Shown: positions 8,030 to 18,766, numbered from the stretch's first letter. The stretch: DNA of 64,000 bases from Bdellovibrionales bacterium (GCA_005776395.1 SXPJ01000048.1:24211-88210); one strand, 5' to 3'. Numbers and translations are program-made. Notes: a model not told the origin generated them from the sequence alone.

Positions 8030-8719
8030 TTAGAAACTTGCACTCAAAGAATAAAACAAGACATGATTCTGTCTATCAGATACCGATCTCGGTTTATGAA
8101 CATAATTGAACAAATAAGCCACATCAGAATTTAAATTCTTTGCCCACTGATAATTAAAACCTACATACAATCGGTTTTGATCAAAGCCTGAAGCAGGTCC
8201 CGTCACGGCCGTAGTATTTAGATTAAAGAAAAACTCATTAGCCAGTAGAGCTTTGAAGTTCGAGTTATCAAACCAAGAATGCAAAGTTCTTAACTGGTAA
8301 CGAAGTCTGTAAGCCTTATCTAAAGTCGTATTAATCGCTCTGTACTCTGCTCTAAAGCGATGAATAAAATTACTTTTAGTTCCAACATTATGATTAAAAA
8401 TGTACTGAAGAAAGATTCGAGTTTCGTTGGATGCTGATGGAGAAAAAGAGGGCTGCCAGAGAAATCCAGCTCCTACAGAGTTCTGAGAATTAATATGATA
8501 AATCGGCGCTAATCGAGCTACAAATGTAGCAAGCTCCCCCTCCGAAAAGGAGATACGAGGCTGAATTTCGGTAAAAAAACTTAAAGAATCGGAAAGTGAA
8601 ACCGTTTGATTGAGCTGTATCCAATTCTCAAGCTTACTATCCGCATTAACGGGTGTAATAGGAACTAAAAATAAAATCAGCCCAACTGCAAGATATTTCA
8701 ATGATTGAAGAACTTTCAC
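8030..8719 (-). CDS. Outer-membrane beta-barrel protein (DUF2490-like, tentative)
   Basis: Signal peptide, alternating amphipathic strands, C-terminal ...YSLSASF typical of outer-membrane beta-barrels. Confidence 0.5.
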   Translation of the reverse strand: MKVLQSLKYLAVGLILFLVPITPVNADSKLENWIQLNQTVSLSDSLSFFTEIQPRISFSEGELATFVARLAPIYHINSQNSVGAGFLWQPSFSPSASNETRIFLQYIFNHNVGTKSNFIHRFRAEYRAINTTLDKAYRLRYQLRTLHSWFDNSNFKALLANEFFFNLNTTAVTGPASGFDQNRLYVGFNYQWAKNLNSDVAYLFNYVHKPRSVSDRQNHVLFYSLSASF

Positions 8720-8835
8720 ATGCGCCCCCTAAGCCTATATTTTAATTATAAAAATTCTATCCTACACCTCCTTTTAGGCAAATACTTTCTCGTTAAGATT
8801 GCATTGTTTTCACTGGATAGATAAAACCCCTTTCA

Positions 8836-9924
8836 ATGACAGCCTCTATCTGCTCACCCTCAATCTCTCTTCCACCTTCTCGCCTTCACAAGCTTGGGCT
8901 CTCTTTTCCCTTTATGGTGGCTCCTATGGTGGGGATTAGCCATGTGGCCTTTCGAGAGCTAATACGAAGCTATCTACCTGATTCCCTCTCCCCCCTTCTT
9001 TTTACTGAAATGTTATCTACGCTAAGACTTCCCCATGAGGATCTAAGTGATCTTCCCGGCCCCTTAACTAGCTTAGGAGAAAACTATTTTGTTCCACAGC
9101 TCTTAGGTAATGATGAGACCTACATTTCTAACTCAATTGAAAGACTTTTGCCGTTTCACCCTTGGGGCTTTGATATCAATATGGGATGTCCAGCCTCTCA
9201 TCAACTTCAACACAATTGGGGTGTCCGACTTCTGGGTGACATAGACTATGCTTCACATGTTGTTGCCATTACAAAAAAACATTCTCCTAGACCTGTGAGT
9301 GTGAAGTTAAGAGCTGCCACAGGAGCTTATATCGACCTAAAATATCTTTTAGAGTTCACAAAAATGATGGAAGAGTCAGGGGCCGATTGGATAACACTTC
9401 ACTGTCGCACCCAAAATCAAGGGCACCACGGATATGCTCATTGGGATCTTGTAGGAGAGGTAGCTAGAGCCAGAAAAATCCCTGTAGTTGCAAATGGAGA
9501 TATTCATACTTGGCAAGATGCTATCGACTTAATGAAAACTTATCAGGTCGATGGAGCCATGATTGCTAGAGCGGCTACGGCTCGACCTTGGATTCTATGG
9601 CAAATAGCTAAAAAATTGGGCTATCAAGAAAAACCGACAAAGAGATGGGAAACTGAACCTCCTTGGACTCCTGATGAGGAAGGAAAAGAATATTTTAGAG
9701 CCGTTCTTAGATTCTCCTGTTTACTTGAAGATCATTTCACTGACTCTCCTTTTGCACTAAAAAAACTTCAGTTTTTTGTGGCACAAGGATCACGTTGGTT
9801 GCTATTTGGTCACCAGTTTTTTCATCTAGTGAAACGGTGTAAAAACTTGGTAGAGGTTCGAGATTTTGTAAATGACTACGCAGAAAAGACCCCTCAACCC
9901 ATGGGACAACGGGCAAGAACCTAA
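8836..9924 (+). CDS. tRNA-dihydrouridine synthase (Dus family). True start may be the internal MVAPM at 8914.
   Basis: APMVGISHVAFREL, DINMGCPA, VKLRAATG, ITLHCRTQ...PVVANGDI...DGAMIARAATARPWI match conserved Dus motifs. Confidence 0.85.
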   Translation: MTASICSPSISLPPSRLHKLGLSFPFMVAPMVGISHVAFRELIRSYLPDSLSPLLFTEMLSTLRLPHEDLSDLPGPLTSLGENYFVPQLLGNDETYISNSIERLLPFHPWGFDINMGCPASHQLQHNWGVRLLGDIDYASHVVAITKKHSPRPVSVKLRAATGAYIDLKYLLEFTKMMEESGADWITLHCRTQNQGHHGYAHWDLVGEVARARKIPVVANGDIHTWQDAIDLMKTYQVDGAMIARAATARPWILWQIAKKLGYQEKPTKRWETEPPWTPDEEGKEYFRAVLRFSCLLEDHFTDSPFALKKLQFFVAQGSRWLLFGHQFFHLVKRCKNLVEVRDFVNDYAEKTPQPMGQRART

Positions 9925-9927
9925 ACT

Positions 9928-11088
9928 CTATTTTTTCCGAACTAAAAGTCCCTCCGCTAAAAACTGAGCAATCTTATCGTTAGAATATCCGAGCCCGTGC
10001 ATAATAGAAAAACTATCCTGCCCTAAGGAAGGGCAAGGCTGTAAATTTGGACAATCTGCAAACCCCGCCCAAGACAAAGGATCCGAGTTAAGTTTGATTC
10101 GTGATTGTGAAACTTTAAGAAATTCTTCCCAAGGGATAACTCTAAAAAGACAGGCTTCAACATTTGTGCTGAGAGCTTCCCAATAAGAGGCCGGAGCATC
10201 TAAAAATAATTTCTCAAGTTCTGGAACCAAAGAAAGATCCTCTGCTCTCTCCTTCCAATCTTTTTTATCAACAATCTCACAAAACTGATCCCAGTGTTTT
10301 TTTTGAATAGCCTGCAAAGATATCCATTGCTGATCGCGACATTTATAAAATCTAGAATGGGCATAGGCTCCATTCAACTTGGAAAAAGCATTAAATTTAC
10401 CCTTGTCCTCTTCACTGGCAGATTCTTTCTCAAGGGCCTCGTAAGCTTTAGGAAGATAAAGACTTCTAAAGCCTTCATTGGCATTAGAGATTAAGTGCAT
10501 GCCTCGACGATTAGGATTAACCAAGTGAAGAAGAAGTTTAGTTAAAGGAGCAAAAACACCGCCAATTACATCTCCAAATTGAGCACTGTAGTTTAATCCC
10601 CCCTCTAAAAACCAATGACCGCAACCACTGGTAGCAATAAAATTAAGATCGTGCCCCGATTTTGCACTAAATTTATCACTCATTCCGCGCAATGATAGAT
10701 AGATAAGATCAGGATTTTTTTCTGCCAAATCTGCGTATCCCAAACCCAAACTATCCATGACTCCAGAGCGAAAATTTTCCACAAAAACATCCGCTTCAGC
10801 CGCCAATATTTTTACAATCTCTTGCCCCTCTTTTTTAGTTAAGTCGGTACAGATCGATTTTTTTCCCTGATTGAGCAGCTCAAAAACAGCGGAATATTCA
10901 GGTGCTCTACAGGGATCACCCTCAGGCCCTTTCTCCACCTTTATTACTTCAGCCCCATATTGGGTTAAAATACGGGTTAAATAAGGCCCCGTTAACATCA
11001 CAGAAAGATCTACAACCCGAATATGCTGAATAGGTTTAATAGCTTCATCATTCCATAGAGATTCTGACACGACGCCCCCTATCCGCAA
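9928..11088 (-). CDS. CoA-transferase family III (CaiB/BaiF-like)
   Basis: IRVVDLSVMLTGPYLTRILTQYGAEVIKVE N-terminal signature of family III CoA transferases. Confidence 0.8.
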   Translation of the reverse strand: MRIGGVVSESLWNDEAIKPIQHIRVVDLSVMLTGPYLTRILTQYGAEVIKVEKGPEGDPCRAPEYSAVFELLNQGKKSICTDLTKKEGQEIVKILAAEADVFVENFRSGVMDSLGLGYADLAEKNPDLIYLSLRGMSDKFSAKSGHDLNFIATSGCGHWFLEGGLNYSAQFGDVIGGVFAPLTKLLLHLVNPNRRGMHLISNANEGFRSLYLPKAYEALEKESASEEDKGKFNAFSKLNGAYAHSRFYKCRDQQWISLQAIQKKHWDQFCEIVDKKDWKERAEDLSLVPELEKLFLDAPASYWEALSTNVEACLFRVIPWEEFLKVSQSRIKLNSDPLSWAGFADCPNLQPCPSLGQDSFSIMHGLGYSNDKIAQFLAEGLLVRKK

Positions 11089-11576
11089 ATGAATTAGATT
11101 TTGTGGTTAATAAAATTAATGTTATCTATTTTAGACTCTTGTAAGGGGTTCACTCAAGTTCTCAAAAAACAAAAAGTCTCCTATGGGATCTCTAACAGAA
11201 AACTGAGACGCCTAGCGAAGTAACTGCTCTACGACGCGCCGAACAAGTTTAGTAATTTCAACGTAATTTTGTAATGGCTTAGCACACCTCTGCTTTGCTA
11301 CAAAGCTACGGATCCAATTTGGAAAGAGAAAGAGGTCAGTGCTCCAATAAGAGTCTGAGATAACTTTTGTATCTAGCAAAAATTAACACCACTCAAAATA
11401 TGGGGATTTACTGTTTTGAGTTTAGATGATGTTTTGTTTGCCAAAACAGCCCAAGAATTTAAATAGTTTGGAAGACAAAGAAGACCCAAAAAACTCCTAA
11501 AAAACACAGTATAAGGTGCCAGGTATAAATTATTAAATGACTCCACTTTTTACCATGCGCTGTGGCTCAGCAAGAA

Positions 11577-12314
11577 CTACTGGGCTTTTGTTATGTTTTT
11601 AGGTGGGAAATATTTTGTTTTAGAGGACTCTAATTTTCGATAGGCCACATCATAAAGCATAAAACGATTACCCGCCTGAGTTAACTCTGGATTTAAATCA
11701 GGATGATATTTTTTAGCCAGTTCTCTATATCTTTTTTGAATCATATTCCAATCTCTTTCGTTTGGAATTCCCATCACTCCAAGAGCATTAATAAGTTCTC
11801 TCGGGAGAAGAGTAATAGTCTCATCTTGTCTGCCATGTGGAGTCTGGTCTTTGTTTAAGGGCTGACTTTTAGAGGATTCAGAAGGGGCTGAGTAAACTTT
11901 CGGTTTTGTTCGATATTGAGGTTCTCTGGCTCTCTGTTTTTTTGAACTTATTAATGAAGTAATTATTTTTTCAGTAAGTTCAACGAATACTATTTTAACG
12001 AACCAAATACAGCTTGTCATTAAAGTTACAGGAATACCACTCAAGTCCCACTTTCGCTCACTGGTGAGTCTTTTCTCCAGATCTCCAGGTTGATAATAGG
12101 TGTAATAAAAGGCCCAGAAAAAGAGAAACCCCATAGGAAATAATAGTCCCGATGAATAACGGTTAAATTTGAGTTGCAAAAAATATTCTACAGCTACAAA
12201 AGCACCAATCGAAAGATAGAGTGAGGTGGCATCAGCCTTTTGATTAACGACCCCCTCTTTAATAGGATGGGCACGATTCTGATAAAGGTGAACTCTATAA
12301 TCTCTTACGTTCAT
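11577..12314 (-). CDS. Membrane protein with C-terminal J-domain (DnaJ-like)
   Basis: N-terminal transmembrane segments. C-terminal ALGVMGIPNERDWNMIQKRYRELAKKYHPDLN with an HPD motif. Confidence 0.6.
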   Translation of the reverse strand: MNVRDYRVHLYQNRAHPIKEGVVNQKADATSLYLSIGAFVAVEYFLQLKFNRYSSGLLFPMGFLFFWAFYYTYYQPGDLEKRLTSERKWDLSGIPVTLMTSCIWFVKIVFVELTEKIITSLISSKKQRAREPQYRTKPKVYSAPSESSKSQPLNKDQTPHGRQDETITLLPRELINALGVMGIPNERDWNMIQKRYRELAKKYHPDLNPELTQAGNRFMLYDVAYRKLESSKTKYFPPKNITKAQ

Positions 12315-12607
12315 AAATTACACTCTTAGCTTTTAAAGAAATGCAATTTCGAACCCAAGTTTTTTAGAGTGTTTAGGAGTTGAAGAGTTGATTATCTTTT
12401 TAACAGTGGCTAAGAAGAGTTTAATAGGTTGTCGAATTCATTCAGTTTTTAATGTGCCATCTTTTAAACACTTAAAAGAAAATTAAGTAAGATCTTAATA
12501 ATAGAAGAGTTTTTTACGCAATAGTTAAAAAACGACTAGCCCGATGGCGGTTTCCATGGTCAAATGCCGACTTAAATTTTTTTGTTTCTTTATTGGAAGG
12601 ATAAACA

Positions 12608-13234
12608 ATGGCTCTAACAGATTTAAACTCAAACCTTTTACTCATCTTAAGATGGATTCATATCTTAGCCGGTATCACTTGGATCGGACATCTTTACTTC
12701 TTTAATTTTGTAAATGTCCCCTTTCAAGCGGCGTTAGAAAAAGAGATTAAACCTAAAGTAAATCCCATTCTACTCTCTAGAGCCCTTTGGTGGTTTCGAT
12801 GGGGTGCGATGGTAACTTTCGTGATTGGCTTACTTCTATTCCTTATCAAGTATGGAATGCTTGGCGAAGCCACTGGGTTACTAAAAGACGAATCTGGTCA
12901 GATCACTGGTCGTGCTCAATGGATTATGTTGGGAATGCTGCTTGGAACTATCATGTGGTTCAATGTTTGGTTTGTAATTTGGCCTGCTCAAAAGCAAATT
13001 ATTACCTGGGTAAAAGCAGGACAAACTCCCCCTGAAATGCCGGGCTTAGCAAAGAGAGCTTTATTGTTCTCTAGAACCAACACTTATCTGTCAGCTCCCA
13101 TGCTATTTGCAATGATTGCTCCTAACAACTACGGAGCCTTTAGCTGGTGCACAGTGGTTGTTGTTTCTGTGATCGGATCAGCTGTTATTTGGGGACTTAT
13201 CAAAATGTCCCACAAAGTCGGTCAAACCGTCTAA
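12608..13234 (+). CDS. Integral membrane protein, HemJ/UPF0093-like (tentative)
   Basis: LRWIHILAGITWIGHLYFFNFVNVPF resembles the first HemJ helix (W.KalHii.vv.WfaGlfYL.RlfV). About 5 transmembrane segments. Confidence 0.4.
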   Translation: MALTDLNSNLLLILRWIHILAGITWIGHLYFFNFVNVPFQAALEKEIKPKVNPILLSRALWWFRWGAMVTFVIGLLLFLIKYGMLGEATGLLKDESGQITGRAQWIMLGMLLGTIMWFNVWFVIWPAQKQIITWVKAGQTPPEMPGLAKRALLFSRTNTYLSAPMLFAMIAPNNYGAFSWCTVVVVSVIGSAVIWGLIKMSHKVGQTV

Positions 13235-13242
13235 AAAATTAA

Positions 13243-13286
13243 AGGCCCGTGAGAATATCTTTAAGATTTTTCACGGGCTTTTTTAT
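13243..13286. terminator. Bidirectional rho-independent terminator
   Basis: GCCCGTGA-(19 nt)-TCACGGGC stem followed by TTTTTTAT. Lies between convergent genes. Confidence 0.6.
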
Positions 13287-13338
13287 GTCTTTTATTTTTT
13301 AATTAACTAGATTTTATCGGAGTTCGTCCCAATAAAAA

Positions 13339-13614
13339 CTAACTATCAATTCGCTTTTTAAGCTCTTTACCTACTTTAAAGAAAGGGAGCTTTTTTTCTG
13401 GAACAAAAACATCAGCGCCAGTTTTGGGATTTCTACCCACATAAGACTTATAGCTTTTTACAAACCAGCTTCCAAAACCACGAATCTCAATTCGATCCCC
13501 TTTGACCATAGACATAAAGAAGGAGTCAAAAATAGTATTCACTAGCTCTTCAGCCTTTTTCTTAGTCAAATTTGCTTTGCGCGCTAAATTTTCAATCAAT
13601 TCGGATTTGGTCAC
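13339..13614 (-). CDS. ihfB: Integration host factor beta subunit (HU/IHF family)
   Basis: MTKSELIENLA..., GDRIEIRGFGSW, GRNPKTGADVFVPEKKLPFFKVGKELKKR closely follow IHF-beta. Confidence 0.75.
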   Translation of the reverse strand: MTKSELIENLARKANLTKKKAEELVNTIFDSFFMSMVKGDRIEIRGFGSWFVKSYKSYVGRNPKTGADVFVPEKKLPFFKVGKELKKRIDS

Positions 13615-13819
13615 GATGCCTCCTCAAAACGTAGCCATACAATGCGTTGAGCCATTCAAAATCCTAAGTACTTTATTATTATAAGTTTTTGCTTAACTTA
13701 ATCCAAGTAAAAACAAATATTTGAGTGTTCTCACAATAGGAGTCAGTTGAGAAGGTATTATATATTGCGTCTAAATTAGGAGTCTACACCCCCACCACTT
13801 CTACTCAAAATAGGGGATC

Positions 13820-14431
13820 TCACACAACATCACGCCAAACGTTAGGTTCTTTGGAGCAGATGGCATCAGCTATTTCATAAAGAGGTAAAAAAGAGGTTAA
13901 ATTCTCGCGAAGTGACCTTCCATGAAGCTCGGGGCTGACAAGACATACTTTAAAATTATTTTTTAATCCCTTAACTAATTTCTCCGAAACCGGTTTTCCT
14001 TGAAAACAATCCACCCAAACCCAGTCTGCTTTTCCTTTGAAACAATTCACGAAAATATCAGGCTCGTAAGTGGAAAAACGGATTGCAAACCGGTTTTTAG
14101 CTTCAAAATGGGTCTTTTTAACTAGAGTTGGTAGCACAGTGTCTAAAAAGCAATAGTTCTCAATTTGATATTTTGCCAAAAGCTCTTCAACTCGATTTTC
14201 AAGCCCGTCCTCTTTAGTGTTAAGCCAAATAGGGCCTTGAATTCCAAGACTCTTAAACTCTTTGATCCATATTTCAAAATCATCCCCAAAGGTCCACGGA
14301 TCATGGGAGAGATGAATCGCCCCCCATCTTGAAACATCAGATCTTAAATCGATCTCAACTCCCCATGATTTTTCAAGAGATGCGAGATCTTTGATGGCAT
14401 TAACTCGATGTTTTAAAAATAACTTACTCAT
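13820..14431 (-). CDS. GDPD / PI-PLC-like TIM-barrel phosphodiesterase family protein (tentative); last gene of the glycan operon
   Basis: FLKHRVNAI...EIDLRSDVSRWGAIHLSHD resembles the HR(G)..E.D....dG...v.HD motif of glycerophosphodiester phosphodiesterases. The ATG overlaps the upstream stop. Confidence 0.4.
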   Translation of the reverse strand: MSKLFLKHRVNAIKDLASLEKSWGVEIDLRSDVSRWGAIHLSHDPWTFGDDFEIWIKEFKSLGIQGPIWLNTKEDGLENRVEELLAKYQIENYCFLDTVLPTLVKKTHFEAKNRFAIRFSTYEPDIFVNCFKGKADWVWVDCFQGKPVSEKLVKGLKNNFKVCLVSPELHGRSLRENLTSFLPLYEIADAICSKEPNVWRDVV

Positions 14432-16461
14432 GAACCCATTTCCTCGGTCATTCCCCCTGAAAGTAAAGCGATAGCTGTTAATTGATTTAATCCATCAACT
14501 CCAGACCGCCAGTGAGGTTTTCTCCAGGCTCGCGTAATACTTCTCAGGTTAGGAAAAATATTTTTCGCAACAGCTTGAACCTCTTGATCTGTCGGATTGC
14601 CCTTAATCTCAACTAAGGTACGATTAATATCATTGGGCAAAACTTCAAAAGAGATTTTACAATTAGCGATCTCTTTTAGGGCCTTAAGTAGCGTTCCAAT
14701 AGGGGCATCATTCCAAAAAGTATATCTAACGATAAACTCGAAAGTACTCCCAGCCATGACCTCTTCACGCGTAACCTCTTTTTCCGGAAGATACTGAATA
14801 ACCCAATCAGCAAACTCTTTCTGAGGAGCAATGTGTTTTATAGAATCGGACTCTCTCTTTACAAAACTATCAACCACCTGTTTGGGTGAATGGCCTCGTT
14901 CATTCACGTCTCTTCGATACTTCCATGCAAATCTAACAATTTCATGAGGATCGATAAAAATTTTCAAATCAAACTTGGATCTAAGACCTCGTAAATAAAG
15001 GGTATGGAGCCCCTGAATAATTAGAGTCTTAGTCGGTTTGATCTCTTTAGCCTCTGAAAATATTCCCATGGCATGATCGTAATGAGATTGTAAAACTGTA
15101 GAGCCCTTAGCAAGTTGCAAAGCGTGGCTAGCCATCATTGATAAATGATTAGCTTTAGGATTAAGATGGGTATACTCCTGCCACTTCTCATGGTTACGTT
15201 CCCACTTATGATAATCATCTCCTTCGACGACTAGGGTGTTTTTAGAATTAAAGAGATCTTGAAAAATATGGCTTAGATGATTTTTTCCTGAACCACTATT
15301 TCCTGCAATTCCTAAAATTAAGGGACGAGCTCGTCCCTGAAGTTTAGCCTCTTGCTCAAGAACCAACTTCCAAATAACCAATAAGATTCCTGCCATAGCT
15401 GTTTGTAATAAAGTAAAGGCTACACCGGTCACCATTCCCTCTAAATGGCCCCCTAATTTGGAAAGGAGAACAAAGTTAACCATGTAAATAATCTGAAAGC
15501 CCCAAAAGAGTGCTTTCGAAACATTTAGATAAAGGGCAAAGAAAAGACAGAAGAAAGGGATAACCCAATAATACCAGCCAGGCATAGCATTGGTACCCAT
15601 AAGTAGGGCCCCAAACAAGGAAGCGGATCCAAAGATAAGTCCCCTTTCAGTAATTCTAGAGGAGACGCAAAGGCGTCCTAAAACAACTAGCACAATAAAA
15701 ACCCCTAAATAGACAACTTGCCCGGATCCAAAATTAAGGTTGGCAGCAAAAAGTCTCATAGCTTCAGGCGAAGTCGCGCTCGCATAAAACAACCTACCTG
15801 CATGGTAAACCGGAATAAAACCTAAAGCTGTAATTCCACTCCAAATCGCAAGCCACAATCCTATACAGGCTAATGCTTTCTTTGCGAAATTCTGATGCCA
15901 CAAATAGGCCAGAATAAAAGGGACTAGAACCACTACATGAAACTTAGACAAAGTCGCACAGGCCATTAATAGAGCTGAGGCTTCTATTTTTCGAAGCGTT
16001 AAAAAAATGAGAGATAAAATACACAACATCATAACCACTACATCTAACTGCCCGTGGATATAGGTAATAAAAATAGTAATGGGATTAAACCAATAGAGCA
16101 AAAAGAAAGACCTTCGTCTCTCTCCACAAATTCTCATCATTCCCCACAACAGAAAAACATCCGCCACTAATAGGGGAAGTTTCATTGCGATAAGACTTAA
16201 GGGTATATCGCCCATACTCATAGCACCCAAAATCTTAAAGGCTAAAAACTTAGGTAAAAATAAAATTCCAAATAAAAAGCTTCCATAAGGAAAAAAATGG
16301 GCCGGAGATAATGCCCAGGGATTTTGTCCTAAATGTAAAATTGAGGTGTCTATAAAAGGAATAAATAGCTCTTTTAAATACTGAGAACCGAAAAAGGGCA
16401 TCAGCCCCACACGAATCAAAACACCCCACCAAAACAGACGGTTTTTTAGCAGTTGTCTCAT
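14428..16461 (-). CDS. Fusion protein: N-terminal multi-TM GT-C-like (DUF2029 / mannosyltransferase-like) domain plus C-terminal uridine-kinase / phosphoribulokinase-family P-loop kinase domain
   Basis: About 12 transmembrane helices, then LILGIAGNSGSGKNHLS (P-loop) and VVEGDDYHK, typical of the PRK/UDK family. ATG at 16461 overlaps the GT2 stop (ATGA). Confidence 0.65.
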   Translation of the reverse strand: MRQLLKNRLFWWGVLIRVGLMPFFGSQYLKELFIPFIDTSILHLGQNPWALSPAHFFPYGSFLFGILFLPKFLAFKILGAMSMGDIPLSLIAMKLPLLVADVFLLWGMMRICGERRRSFFLLYWFNPITIFITYIHGQLDVVVMMLCILSLIFLTLRKIEASALLMACATLSKFHVVVLVPFILAYLWHQNFAKKALACIGLWLAIWSGITALGFIPVYHAGRLFYASATSPEAMRLFAANLNFGSGQVVYLGVFIVLVVLGRLCVSSRITERGLIFGSASLFGALLMGTNAMPGWYYWVIPFFCLFFALYLNVSKALFWGFQIIYMVNFVLLSKLGGHLEGMVTGVAFTLLQTAMAGILLVIWKLVLEQEAKLQGRARPLILGIAGNSGSGKNHLSHIFQDLFNSKNTLVVEGDDYHKWERNHEKWQEYTHLNPKANHLSMMASHALQLAKGSTVLQSHYDHAMGIFSEAKEIKPTKTLIIQGLHTLYLRGLRSKFDLKIFIDPHEIVRFAWKYRRDVNERGHSPKQVVDSFVKRESDSIKHIAPQKEFADWVIQYLPEKEVTREEVMAGSTFEFIVRYTFWNDAPIGTLLKALKEIANCKISFEVLPNDINRTLVEIKGNPTDQEVQAVAKNIFPNLRSITRAWRKPHWRSGVDGLNQLTAIALLSGGMTEEMGS

Positions 16462-17186
16462 ACTCTTCCTTGTGAACGGGAAAGCTGGCACATGTACTTC
16501 ACCATTCCCAAAATGGTTTTGTATCGACTAAAAAAACTAGAAGCCCAATTGGAAACTCCATGAACCCTAGGAGGAAAAAGAACCGGTATGGTCTCAACAT
16601 GGAATTTATTTTTAAGAGCACAGAAAAGAACATAAAGATCGAACGCAAAGTTATTTGGAGGCGCAGTTAGAGAATTTAACAATTGTCTTGTAAAAATTTT
16701 AGGCTGGGCATTTAGCTCTTTGGTTTTAATTCCTAAAATTAAAAAGGCTAGGATCTCAAAAATATGAGTTACCCATTTATCTTTCCAGTTTCTTCCACTT
16801 CTAACCCCTTTAACAAGCACCTTATCTTTTTCAACTGACTTTAGCTTTTTCAGAGCCGTAAAAGCATCCCTAGGATCACACTGCTGATCCGCATGGGACC
16901 AACCAATAATCGGCGCTGAAGTATTTTTCAAACCCTGAAGTACGCCATAACCATAACCTAAATTAACTGGAACAATTACAGTACTAAACCACTGGGAAAG
17001 TTCTGTTTTTTGAAGTTCAGTTAACACCTCTTTGGAATTATCCTGACTTCCATTCTCAACAAGAACCAATTGAAATCGTTTCGAGTCGAATCCAGCTTCT
17101 TCAGCAGCGCTGACAGCTCTTTGCAATAGAGTTTTTAAGGATTTAGATTCGTTGTAACAAGGCAATACCAGTTCAAACTCTTTCAC
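16458..17186 (-). CDS. Family 2 glycosyltransferase (polyprenyl-phosphate sugar transferase, DPM1/GtrB-like)
   Basis: LVLPCYNESKSL...LVLVENGSQDNS GT-A signature. GTG start overlaps the upstream stop. Confidence 0.7.
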   Translation of the reverse strand: MKEFELVLPCYNESKSLKTLLQRAVSAAEEAGFDSKRFQLVLVENGSQDNSKEVLTELQKTELSQWFSTVIVPVNLGYGYGVLQGLKNTSAPIIGWSHADQQCDPRDAFTALKKLKSVEKDKVLVKGVRSGRNWKDKWVTHIFEILAFLILGIKTKELNAQPKIFTRQLLNSLTAPPNNFAFDLYVLFCALKNKFHVETIPVLFPPRVHGVSNWASSFFSRYKTILGMVKYMCQLSRSQGRV

Positions 17187-18766
17187 TTTGTAATCTCCTT
17201 TGAAAACTTAGTTCTAGGTTCAAAATGATACCCTCCAAAAATCTCCTGCCAATAAAGTGCTTCAGCTAGAGAGTCGGGATCTCCCCAACACAGATAACCC
17301 GTTAGTGGGATTTCTCTAACTCTAAAACCCTGCTTAATTAAAACCTCAAAAACAGAATCAAGATACATCTCGCCATTAACTAAAATCTCCTGCTTTTTTA
17401 GTTCCTGGATTCCTTGAGCTAATATTTCAATATTTCGAAACCAAAAGGTCCCTACTAATAACGAATCTTTACTTGGATTTTTGGAGAGGGGTGACTTTAC
17501 CGATACTTTTTTAACTTGAGGATAGTCCCCCTGATTGTCAGATTCTACATAGGCAAAGGCCTTAGGATGAGAATCAGCTCCTGGATATCCTTTTATCGTA
17601 AAAATAGCTGCATCGCAGTCGGGGTGAGCCTTAAACCGATTCCATAATCTAGGATCTAAAACAATTCCATGATCACAGGAACTCACAATGACCTCTTTTT
17701 TAAGATCTAGCGCCGTTATTCCAAACTCCGTTGATAAAGCCTGGCCACTAGGCGTCTGTTTTAACGAAACAATCTTTTCCTTGGAGCCCGATAGGTAAGA
17801 CTTTACTGAATCTAAGGTTACAAGAACGGAAGTTTTACTTTTGGGCAATGTTTCCAATGCCCTCTGGTACATGGGAGTCCCTGAAATTGGAATGAAGGGC
17901 TTCGGACAGGAGGTCACTGAAGCAAATCGACTTCCTAGACCTGCCATGGGCATGAGAACTTGATCGACTTCACCTCTTTGCATTCCTAAAAACCTATTGT
18001 GATCTTTCAAGCTTTTTTCCCAATACTCAAAGATTCTTAAATCTTCAGGAGTTCCCCATTGAAAAAAACCAGGAATTTCAAATACCCGGACATGAGCGTT
18101 AGATCTCATTTGAAGTAAGGACTGAACAGTAAGACTCGAGTAGTACTCGCCATTGAGCTGTATCTTATTCGTAATCTGATACTCAATCGCCTCTCTTAAA
18201 AGCTTTGCACTTTTGAAATAGTAGCCCCCTGAAGAGGCAAATTCCTGTTCTCTGTTCTCTGTGAAAGAGCCCTTCTCTTTAACCTCAACTACCCGTTCCC
18301 CCTCCATTCGAGAGTACGCGTACTGTAAAGGGCTTCGATAATGAGCATGATAGCCTCGATAGGAGATGACACAAGCATCACATTCGGTCTCTCTTACAAA
18401 GTTAGAGAAACGAACTCCATCCCAAACCATCGCGTAATCACAATAGCTTAAAAAAACAGGGGCCTCAGGATCTAGAAACTCCATTGCTTTTAATGCAGCA
18501 AAGCCCGGTCCCTGATTATGTTTCTCAATAAAAATCTGTTTTCCTTGAGGTCTCTCCTTCGATAGAACGGTAGGCAGCTCAGTGTTTTTATGATTCTCAG
18601 CCATGACAAAAAAACAGGGCCAGCTCTCAGGAAAGTTCTCCAAAAGTCGCTGAATCATTGGAGTTCCATTGATCGGGATAAGCGGCTTAGGTTCAAGATA
18701 GCCCGCGGCCTGATAACGGGTCCCTTGTCCCGACATCGGAATAAGTAGTTGGATCTTTTTATCCAT
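17183..18766 (-). CDS. Tandem-domain sugar-phosphate nucleotidyltransferase (two RmlA/GalU-like NTP-transferase domains)
   Basis: LLIPMSGQGTRYQ...PKPLIPINGTPMIQ and a second copy LMPMAGLGSRFAS...PKPFIPISGTPMYQ, each like the G-x-G-T-R-(L) nucleotidyltransferase N-terminus. Confidence 0.65.
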   Translation of the reverse strand: MDKKIQLLIPMSGQGTRYQAAGYLEPKPLIPINGTPMIQRLLENFPESWPCFFVMAENHKNTELPTVLSKERPQGKQIFIEKHNQGPGFAALKAMEFLDPEAPVFLSYCDYAMVWDGVRFSNFVRETECDACVISYRGYHAHYRSPLQYAYSRMEGERVVEVKEKGSFTENREQEFASSGGYYFKSAKLLREAIEYQITNKIQLNGEYYSSLTVQSLLQMRSNAHVRVFEIPGFFQWGTPEDLRIFEYWEKSLKDHNRFLGMQRGEVDQVLMPMAGLGSRFASVTSCPKPFIPISGTPMYQRALETLPKSKTSVLVTLDSVKSYLSGSKEKIVSLKQTPSGQALSTEFGITALDLKKEVIVSSCDHGIVLDPRLWNRFKAHPDCDAAIFTIKGYPGADSHPKAFAYVESDNQGDYPQVKKVSVKSPLSKNPSKDSLLVGTFWFRNIEILAQGIQELKKQEILVNGEMYLDSVFEVLIKQGFRVREIPLTGYLCWGDPDSLAEALYWQEIFGGYHFEPRTKFSKEITK

